Origin: Candidatus Calditenuaceae archaeon
GTDB lineage: Archaea; Thermoproteota; Nitrososphaeria_A; Caldarchaeales; Calditenuaceae
Assembly: GCA_025059595.1 (NCBI GenBank)
Contig: JANXDI010000009.1
Span: forward strand, 1 to 31,226
Length of the DNA stretch: 31,226 nt
Direction of reading: 5' to 3'
The notes below the pieces were generated by a model. That model had not been told where the DNA came from. It was given only the letters and a program-made list of their open reading frames with translations, and searched no databases. Position numbers and translations under genes: made by a program. Positions 14,846 through 21,599 of the stretch are shown piece after piece (the stretch's first letter is position 1; each line of letters starts with the position of its first letter).

Positions 14846-15976
14846 GTGAATGTTGAGCATTTGGCTTGCCAGCTTATCAGCATCCGTACTGAAGCTCCTC
14901 CGGGGAGTGAGGAGGCTTGTGCGGCTTTCCTTCGGGACTATTTCCTTGACTTAAAGTTGGATAATTGTGATGTGGTATTTCACAAGTTTGCTGAAAATAG
15001 AGCAAATTTAGTAGTACGACTCGGACAAGGTAATAACATGGGGCTCCTTTTCTCAGGCCACATGGACGTGGTCCCCGCAGGAGACTTCTCGAAATGGGAG
15101 ACTCCCCCCTTCGAGCCGAAAATTCGGGACGGTAAACTCTTTGGGCGAGGTGCCGCAGATATGAAAGGTGGTTTAGCGGCCATTGTCAGAGCTATAGAAT
15201 CCGTGAAGAACACACAACTTAAACGAGGTATAGTCTTTGTGGCTACTGCGGGCGAGGAGGTGGGTTTTGACGGGCTTAGAGCCCTCATTAGGGATGGCAT
15301 AGTTAAAGATCATGAAGCCATTTATGGTATAATAGGTGAGCCGACAAGTCTCAGAATCGTTAGAGCGCATAAGGGAGGAACTTTATTTAGAGTAACCATC
15401 AAAGGACGTAGTGCGCACTCGAGTAGACCAGAACTTGGAGTTAACGCGGTTGAGAATGCTGCAAGATTCATAATTGGGCTTACTGATTTGAGAAAACTCC
15501 TCAGAGATATGAGAGACCCTGATTTGGGCTTTACAGTTCTATCTGCGACGATTATCAGGGGTGGCGTTAAGGAGAATGTTATTCCAGACAGCTGCGAAAT
15601 TATTGTCGACTGTAGGAGGATTCCACACCACGACCAAAGATACATAAGCAGTACTTTGAAGCAAATTGGTGAGAGTCTAAAATCGGGGCAAACCGGCTTA
15701 GAGCTGACGATAGAGGAGGTCTTAAGTTACGATGCATTGACCACGTCGGAGAACCATCCAATAGTGAAACTGGCTGAGGAGATAGTAGGTGGCAAGGCGG
15801 GTGTCGCACCCTATGGGACAGAGGGTCCGTTGTACCAAAAGCTGGGCATACCTACCATCATACTTGGGCCCGGTAGTGTGGAGCAGGCGCACACAGTCAA
15901 TGAATATGTAGAGATAAAGGAGCTTCATAAGGCAGAGGACATCTACAAGGAGCTCATAAAACGTGTCTGTTTATGA
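14846..15976 (+). CDS. M20 family metallopeptidase / deacylase (ArgE/DapE/LysK-like).
   Basis: The motifs are GHMDVVPAGD...W..PPF, GRGAADMKGG and ATAGEEVG, with a dimerisation-domain insert. Confidence 0.85.
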   Translation: MNVEHLACQLISIRTEAPPGSEEACAAFLRDYFLDLKLDNCDVVFHKFAENRANLVVRLGQGNNMGLLFSGHMDVVPAGDFSKWETPPFEPKIRDGKLFGRGAADMKGGLAAIVRAIESVKNTQLKRGIVFVATAGEEVGFDGLRALIRDGIVKDHEAIYGIIGEPTSLRIVRAHKGGTLFRVTIKGRSAHSSRPELGVNAVENAARFIIGLTDLRKLLRDMRDPDLGFTVLSATIIRGGVKENVIPDSCEIIVDCRRIPHHDQRYISSTLKQIGESLKSGQTGLELTIEEVLSYDALTTSENHPIVKLAEEIVGGKAGVAPYGTEGPLYQKLGIPTIILGPGSVEQAHTVNEYVEIKELHKAEDIYKELIKRVCL

Positions 15977-16219
15977 ATTCATGCTCTCTGATAAGCATGG
16001 AGGTCTTTAACTTTTCCCCCTGAGCTGAAGGACAACGTAAGTGATGCGTCAATAATAATCCATGTAATTATGGTAGAAGTTTTTAGTTTGGCCGACTATT
16101 GTGATGGCTTATTCTTATTTACCTCATTCCATGGTGAGAATTTATGTTGAGTGTTGTAGGTATGAGGTTGAGTCGCCGTATGAGGCCTCGTGAGAGGGTT
16201 TGAAGATGGTGTAACAAGG

Positions 16220-16459
16220 ATGATTCTTAAAGTTGTGATTTCTGCGGAAGGCTCAAGAACCCCAAATAAAAATAGAGTAGCAACTTTCATTCTCAGTATT
16301 GTGAGAGAGGCTTTTAAAGTGCCGAAAACGGCACTTTACGTCTCATCTGCCCCCGCGATTATAATGACATCGACCTCAGAAAAGTTTCAGGACTTATTAG
16401 AGCATTTTGGCGTGGTCTGGATGCTCTGCAGAGACATTACTTATGTCGGGGGTGAGTAG
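16220..16459 (+). CDS. Hypothetical ORF in the island boundary region; weak call.
   Basis: It is only an open frame (MILKVVISAEGSRTPNKNRVATF...). It overlaps an antisense ORF and contains a perfect 24-nt palindrome. No family was recognised, and it may be non-coding. Confidence 0.2.
   Translation: MILKVVISAEGSRTPNKNRVATFILSIVREAFKVPKTALYVSSAPAIIMTSTSEKFQDLLEHFGVVWMLCRDITYVGGE
16315..16338. repeat. Perfect 24-nt palindrome (10-bp stem, AAAA loop).
   Basis: The sequence TAAAGTGCCG-AAAA-CGGCACTTTA was read directly from the window. Confidence 0.6.
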
Positions 16460-16658
16460 CCTTCCGCTCTGATACACAAGTTTTCTGACCCCTGTGCTAG
16501 AGTCTTTATCGCGGTTTCGCCATTCTTAAATGCCCTACTGGCTAGGGGCGCTGCTTCTCATGCCACCTTCTAGGAGTTTGACGCTATTTTTTGGCATGCT
16601 GGGTTCCTCTTCAATAACGCTATAAGTGTCCCCTGAAGTTTTCTAGATGTGAGGCGGT

Positions 16659-17417
16659 GTGGTGGTGTTTTTTCGCAGTCCCCGCAGGTCTTTTTTGAGG
16701 TGGCTAGTACTAGTGTCAATGCTTATAGGTTTCGCGGTGGTTGGGTTTGTTGCGATGTCGGGTTTTGTTGGTGGTAGGAGTGAGAGGTTGAGGCCGGTGC
16801 GTCAACAGGTTGTTTCGCTTCCTGAGCCGAGGCTTGAGGGGCCGCTCTCCGTCGAGCAGGCTATTCTTCGGAGAAGGTCTAGGAGAGATTACAGGCGCGA
16901 GCCGCTGAGCCTCGGCGAGGTCTCCCAGCTTCTCTGGGCGGCTCAGGGAATTACCGCTCCTCAGGTTTGGACCGGCTTGAGGACTGCACCGTCTGCCGGA
17001 GGACTGTATCCGCTGGAGGTATACGTAGTTGTTAGGGAGGGGGGCGTGGACGGGCTTGAGGCCGGCGTGTATCACTATCATCCGCATAAACATGAGCTTA
17101 GCCTCGTGGCTGAGGGTGATTTGAGCCGTTCGTTAATGCGGGCATGTGTGGACCAGGAGTGGGTTGGCGCGGCCGCCATCAACATAGTCTTCACGGGGGT
17201 TGTGGAGAGGACGCGCGTTAAATACGGTGCTAGGGCGACTCAATACGTCTTTCAGGAGTCTGGCCACGCCGCGCAGAATATCTACCTTCAGGCCGAGGCG
17301 CTCGGCTTAGGATGCGTGGTTATCGGTGCGTTTTATGAGGATGAGGTTCGGCGCGTGCTTGGGGTTTCCGGCGAGGAGCTTCCCGTCTACGTGATTCCTG
17401 TAGGCAGGCCTGCTTAG
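16659..17417 (+). CDS. SagB-type dehydrogenase / nitroreductase-family flavoprotein with an N-terminal TM helix.
   Basis: The TM helix is LRWLVLVSMLIGFAVVGFVAMSGFV. The domain pattern follows: RRSRRDY...LSLGEVSQLLWAAQGIT...RTAPSAGGLYPLEVYVVV...KYGARATQYVFQESGHAAQNIYLQAEALGLGCVVIGAF. Confidence 0.8.
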   Translation: MVVFFRSPRRSFLRWLVLVSMLIGFAVVGFVAMSGFVGGRSERLRPVRQQVVSLPEPRLEGPLSVEQAILRRRSRRDYRREPLSLGEVSQLLWAAQGITAPQVWTGLRTAPSAGGLYPLEVYVVVREGGVDGLEAGVYHYHPHKHELSLVAEGDLSRSLMRACVDQEWVGAAAINIVFTGVVERTRVKYGARATQYVFQESGHAAQNIYLQAEALGLGCVVIGAFYEDEVRRVLGVSGEELPVYVIPVGRPA

Positions 17418-17418
17418 C

Positions 17419-17973
17419 ATGCAGGCCTTATTCAGGCTTCTGTTTGCAGCCCTCATCGGTGTGGTCCTCTACTTTCTGGTGGTTGGGGCTGAGGCGTTTA
17501 TGGTGGGGCCTGTGGCTAGCTATAGGCCACAGGACTTGAAGGGGGGTGGGTGGCTAGGATACAAGCTCGGATACGTGGGGGCTCTCATGCTGATAACGGC
17601 TCAGACGTTTCTCTTCAGGCCGGGTCTCTTAAGGAGATACTCTTGGTTGAGCCTGCACTGTTATCTTACCGTGGCTGGGGGTGCTTTGATACTTATACAT
17701 TCGGGGTTCCCATACTCATTCGCCTACTGGAACCCGCTAAATCGAATCCACCTCGGCATGGGGCTCTACGGCCTGGTGGGGCTTCAGGGTGTTGCCGCTT
17801 GGCTCGTAATTGCTCTAATCGCGAGCGGGGTCTATGGGAGGTATGTGTATCGCCGGGCCAAGGTATTTAGAGGCTGGCTACTCTTCCACTCAGCCGCCTC
17901 GGGGCTGCTCTACGTCGCGGGAGTTATACATCTATTTTTAGCAGTCTACCTCAAATACGTGACCGCGGCTTGA
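17419..17973 (+). CDS. Integral membrane protein with paired TM histidines, possibly a di-heme b-type cytochrome.
   Basis: About five TM helices are predicted. His80/His94 sit in one helix and His157/His171 in another, each pair 14 residues apart. The ATG is 1 nt after the upstream stop. Confidence 0.65.
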   Translation: MQALFRLLFAALIGVVLYFLVVGAEAFMVGPVASYRPQDLKGGGWLGYKLGYVGALMLITAQTFLFRPGLLRRYSWLSLHCYLTVAGGALILIHSGFPYSFAYWNPLNRIHLGMGLYGLVGLQGVAAWLVIALIASGVYGRYVYRRAKVFRGWLLFHSAASGLLYVAGVIHLFLAVYLKYVTAA

Positions 17974-18073
17974 AAACACCCACAGAGCCGCGGCACTCCG
18001 AGAAAAACCAAGCCCATCGACGCCAAAGTCGGTCCCTCGTGATCTTTGCAGCCTTGGCCCATTTACCTTGAAA

Positions 18074-18088
18074 ACTAAATTTAATAGG
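18074..18088 (+). promoter_or_regulatory. TATA box of the MscS-like gene.
   Basis: The sequence is ACTAAATTTAATAGG, centred about 27 nt upstream of the GTG at 18108. Confidence 0.35.
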
Positions 18089-18107
18089 TTATGAGAGACT
18101 TAGAGTT

Positions 18108-18737
18108 GTGACGGTTTTTATGTCGCAAGAGCATTTGAGTAAGGTTGAGATTGCGAAGCACGCTTCTTACGCTATCGCTAGGACGGTGGTTTATGTTGTG
18201 TTGTATGTTGGTGTTGCGGCTGGTCTACAGTGGCTTTTCACTAGCTTTCTACCGGCTTATGGCGTGAATATTGTAGATTATCTCGGATATGTGCAGGTGT
18301 TGCTTGCGATTGCTTTTGGGTATCTAATTGTGAATGGTGTCGCCCTCTTCATGTACTGGTCTCTCAGGGAGAGGTATGACCACGGCACGGCCGCGGCTGT
18401 TAGGAACATAGTTAAGATTGTTGGCGTTGGGGCGCTTGCCGCGGCGATAGCCGGTGGTGTGGCTGGGGGCGCCGCCGGCGTTGCTTTAGGCGGCTTCATA
18501 GGCTTGGTCGTGGGCTTCGCCTCGCAGCAGGTGCTGGGTCAGGCGATAGCCGGGTTATTCCTTCTCATAGTACGGCCGTTTAAGATTGGGGATGAGGTTG
18601 CTTTAGCAGGGGAGGATGGTGTTGTTGACGATATCTCGACACTCTTCACCACGGTTAGGAAAAGCGACGAGACGAGAGTGTTGATTCCAAATAACTCTAT
18701 TATTGGAGGTAAAATATACTTGAAGACTAAAAAGTAA
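18108..18737 (+). CDS. Small mechanosensitive (MscS-family) ion channel protein.
   Basis: Three N-terminal TM helices include a Gly/Ala-rich pore helix (AIAGGVAGGAAGVALGGFIGLVVGFASQQVLGQAIAGLFLLIVRPFKIGD). A beta-domain motif follows (GVVDDISTLFTTVRKSDETRVLIPNN). It is short and lacks the usual C-terminal alpha/beta domain. Confidence 0.75.
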   Translation: MTVFMSQEHLSKVEIAKHASYAIARTVVYVVLYVGVAAGLQWLFTSFLPAYGVNIVDYLGYVQVLLAIAFGYLIVNGVALFMYWSLRERYDHGTAAAVRNIVKIVGVGALAAAIAGGVAGGAAGVALGGFIGLVVGFASQQVLGQAIAGLFLLIVRPFKIGDEVALAGEDGVVDDISTLFTTVRKSDETRVLIPNNSIIGGKIYLKTKK

Positions 18738-18762
18738 TTTTTTACGATTCTGTTGCCGTGCT

Positions 18763-19830
18763 TTACCTCGGCCACCTTAGGTGTAGCGGGGGCATCTCCG
18801 GGAACTTCTCGTGTGGCTCGGTCTGGTACCAGTATGCCATAGAGGCTATGTCGTCTGTTAGTGGCTGGAATTTGAAGTTTGGCCACCAGCCTAGGGCCTG
18901 TATCGTGACTTTGATGTCTCTTCTGAATCTGATGGGGTCGAGAATGTGGAATCTGTAGAGGGCGTGTTTGGGGACCTCTCCAGGCTCGGCCCTCTTGAGT
19001 GGATATCCGAGGAATGGTGTCGAGTATGTTTTTCCACCGAAGCCCCAGGCCCCGCCCACATAGTCTTCGGTCCCTGTGCCGCATATTGTCGGGTATTCGG
19101 TGTCTCCGTCTATGTAGAATTTGATTTCGCCTTCACCCCACCATCCGTTGGAGAGTTGTGTCCAAGCCAAGAAGGTGCCGACATAGTGGCCCATACCTTT
19201 TACGCCGTCGAGAATTGTGTGTTCGGGGTGTTCTCTCCGCGTCATGGACCTCCGCCACTGGGCGTGGAAGTATCCGATATTCTCGGGGAGCTCCGGGAGT
19301 AGGGTGTAGGTGACTTGGTAGTAAAGCCCTGATATGCTGCTTTCGCTCTGGTTCTCAATCGTGATGCGGGCCTTTTTCCTGAAGGGTTTGGGGAAGTAGG
19401 AGTTGAAGCCTCCCATGGGGTTCACGGCTATTGGGAGTGAGTTGACTTCGTATCTGAGGCCGTGGCCGCAGCAGAAGAAGTCTCCTAGCGGCGCCTCGAC
19501 TGAGGGGTAGGACTCACCGTCCCAAAACATTCTAAGTATGCACGACCTGTATGCCACCTCGCTGACCGTCATCCATATGTGCTGGATGATTCCACAGCCC
19601 TCTATCTCCGCGATTGTTGTTTCCCTACCCGCGTCTAGAGTTATGCACGGCCTGACCTTCCATCCTCTGCCAAGCATCGATGCAGGGTTGTCCGGCGTCG
19701 GCTCAGCCTTAGCACCTCCACCCTTCTCGCCAGTCGGATTCTCAGGGGATATGGAGCGGGTTTCAGCGTCGACCAAGATTGGTAGCACGCCTAGACCGAG
19801 GTTGAATCTCAGTAGAGAAGCTATGTTCAC
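18763..19830 (-). CDS. DUF2961 / glycoside hydrolase family 172-like protein.
   Basis: The supporting stretches are RSISPENPTGEKGGG..., GCGIIQHIWMT and ICGTGTEDYVGGAWGF, typical of DUF2961 jelly-roll proteins as recalled. There is no signal peptide. Confidence 0.7.
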   Translation of the reverse strand: MNIASLLRFNLGLGVLPILVDAETRSISPENPTGEKGGGAKAEPTPDNPASMLGRGWKVRPCITLDAGRETTIAEIEGCGIIQHIWMTVSEVAYRSCILRMFWDGESYPSVEAPLGDFFCCGHGLRYEVNSLPIAVNPMGGFNSYFPKPFRKKARITIENQSESSISGLYYQVTYTLLPELPENIGYFHAQWRRSMTRREHPEHTILDGVKGMGHYVGTFLAWTQLSNGWWGEGEIKFYIDGDTEYPTICGTGTEDYVGGAWGFGGKTYSTPFLGYPLKRAEPGEVPKHALYRFHILDPIRFRRDIKVTIQALGWWPNFKFQPLTDDIASMAYWYQTEPHEKFPEMPPLHLRWPR

Positions 19831-19877
19831 AGGGTTATGGAGTTGTGGGGGGCATTAAAGGCTTGCTACCGAGTCTC

Positions 19878-20597
19878 TTAGGGGTTGAGTGTGAAGTAGA
19901 GCCTCCTGTTGGACTTGCCTTTGTTCTCTATCTTCCTCAGAACTATTTGGCCTACTTCCGACGTGTTTTTTACGTGTGGGCCTCCGTCTAGTTGAGCATC
20001 TATGTCGCCTATCTCGACAATCCTGAGAATCGGGGCGTCGGGCGGTGCTTTCGCGGCTAGCTTCACTAGGCCGGGCGTCTTTAGGGCCTCCTCACGCTCG
20101 ATGAACCTTATCTTGACCTCGTGGCCCTCGGCAAGCCTCTGATTGGCTTCTGCCACGCAGCTCTCGATTAAGGCCCTGTCGAACTTCTCCAAGCTGAAGT
20201 CCACCCGAGAGGCTTCTGTCTCGACTTGGTTGCCTGTGATTAGGGCACCCGTGCGAGCGTTGACGACCGCTACTAGGACGTGAAGAGCGGTGTGCATCCT
20301 CATCAGCCTGTATCTCCGGTCCCAGTCCAGTCTACCCTCCACAGTGTCACCTGTGCGGGGGCCCATCTTGTCAAGAATATGCCGGACACCTTCCTCCGAC
20401 ATTTCGGCTCCAATTACTTGGAATGTCTCGGCCCCTAGATTGAGGACGCCAGTGTCCGAGACGAGCCCTCCTCCACGGGGATGAAAAGCTGTCCTGTCGA
20501 GCACCACATAGTTTTCGCCCGCCTCCACTACCCTTGCCTCGAACTCTGAGAGGTAGGAGTCCCTCAGGTAGAGGAGCTCAGTCTTCCCCGCCTGCAT
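19878..20597 (-). CDS. alaX: AlaX-type alanyl-tRNA editing protein (AlaX-M size).
   Basis: The motifs are FHPRGGGLVSDTG, the HxxxH zinc motif MHTALHVL and GGPHVKNTSEVG. The Cys of the usual CxxxH motif appears as Asp (LDGGPH). Confidence 0.8.
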   Translation of the reverse strand: MQAGKTELLYLRDSYLSEFEARVVEAGENYVVLDRTAFHPRGGGLVSDTGVLNLGAETFQVIGAEMSEEGVRHILDKMGPRTGDTVEGRLDWDRRYRLMRMHTALHVLVAVVNARTGALITGNQVETEASRVDFSLEKFDRALIESCVAEANQRLAEGHEVKIRFIEREEALKTPGLVKLAAKAPPDAPILRIVEIGDIDAQLDGGPHVKNTSEVGQIVLRKIENKGKSNRRLYFTLNP

Positions 20598-20696
20598 GTG
20601 GTAACCTATGACGTTGTTGCGGATAAATCTTAGTTCTGGTTGGCATCTGTGAGGTCAGATTAATTAATTGAGGGAAATTGTCTTCATGGGTAGTGG

Positions 20697-21104
20697 ATGG
20701 CTTTGTCGGAGAAGGCCGCTGGTCCTAGATTGGTCCTCTCAAACCCTAAGGATGGTACGGCGCGGACTATCATCTTGACGTCTCAGCAGATGAGCGTTTT
20801 TAGGGGGAAGAGAATAGGCGACGAGGTTGACGCTTCTGTTCTCGGGCTTGGGGCCGGGAGGATAAGGATTACGGGAGGGTCGAACATCGCAGGTATCCCC
20901 ATGAGGCCGGACGTTAGTGGGGGGAGGCTCGTCGGCGTGATACTTACTCGCGGCATAGGCTTCCATGCGAGGCGTAAGCCCCCGTCGAAGAGGAAGAAGG
21001 ATAGGAATAGGAGGCCGGTGAAGGGTTTGAGGAAGAGGGTCACAGTGCACGGAAACGTGTTAAGCGACGACATCATCCAGATAAACGCGGTCCTCGTCGC
21101 CTAG
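20697..21104 (+). CDS. rps6e: 30S ribosomal protein S6e.
   Basis: The matching stretches are LVLSNPKDGTA..., GKRIGDEVDASVLGL, RITGGSNIAGIPMRPDV and RKRVTVHGNVLSDDIIQIN. Confidence 0.9.
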   Translation: MALSEKAAGPRLVLSNPKDGTARTIILTSQQMSVFRGKRIGDEVDASVLGLGAGRIRITGGSNIAGIPMRPDVSGGRLVGVILTRGIGFHARRKPPSKRKKDRNRRPVKGLRKRVTVHGNVLSDDIIQINAVLVA

Positions 21105-21185
21105 CCAATCCCTTCCCCACTTTTATTCGATATTGTGGAAGAAGCAGGTGTAATGGATAATATTCCCCTACATGGTCTTTAATAT

Positions 21186-21599
21186 GTGGGCTACGTTTAC
21201 GCCGAGATCGTTGTGAGAGGTGTGAGAGAGAGACTCATTAAAGCCCTTGTTGATACAGGTGCCTCTTATCTTGTTTTGGACCCGCGTGTTATTGAAGAGC
21301 TTGGGCTCTTCCCGACGCCTTATGAAGTCGAGTTGACGCTCGCGGATAAGAGAAGGGTTAGGTCTAAGCTCTATCTTGCGGAGGTTAAGGCTGAGGGTAG
21401 GAGGGGCCCTGTCTTGGTGGCCGAGCTTGATGTTCCTGCGCCGCTGCTGGGTGTCTTCGCGTTAGAGGCCTTGGGTCTGAGGCCCAATCCGCTGACCGGT
21501 AGACTTGAAGTTGTGGGTCCTGAAGGAGGTTACCTCCTTCAACATGGACTCTTCGCGCTCTATTCTGGCCGCTCGGGCTCTTCCGGGGCTGGAGGGTAA
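21186..21599 (+). CDS. Retropepsin-like (clan AA) aspartic protease.
   Basis: The active-site motif is ALVDTGASYLVL (DTGA), in a single-lobe protein of ~130 aa. It has a GTG start. Its last 40 nt overlap the convergent VOC gene. Confidence 0.65.
   Translation: MGYVYAEIVVRGVRERLIKALVDTGASYLVLDPRVIEELGLFPTPYEVELTLADKRRVRSKLYLAEVKAEGRRGPVLVAELDVPAPLLGVFALEALGLRPNPLTGRLEVVGPEGGYLLQHGLFALYSGRSGSSGAGG

Noticed and set aside
16041-16100. A C/D-box sRNA candidate, because of a GTGATGC (C-box-like) sequence in the intergenic region.
   Set aside because: No CTGA D box, no C'/D' pair and no terminal stem occur at an appropriate distance.
16108-16167. A possible third, split copy of the operator motif (ATTCTTATTTACC ... 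TTGTAGGTA) at the far end of the island.
   Set aside because: Only a 9-mer (TTGTAGGTA) truly matches, and the halves are ~35 nt apart. A match of this length is expected by chance when comparing two ~700-nt regions.
18539-19084. A 181-aa minus-strand ORF spanning the MscS 3' end and the DUF2961 3' region.
   Set aside because: It overlaps two well-supported genes in another frame or on the other strand. Its composition is His/Arg/Pro-rich and not protein-like.
20739-21076. Two minus-strand ORFs (103 and 97 aa).
   Set aside because: They are antisense to the clearly identifiable S6e gene.
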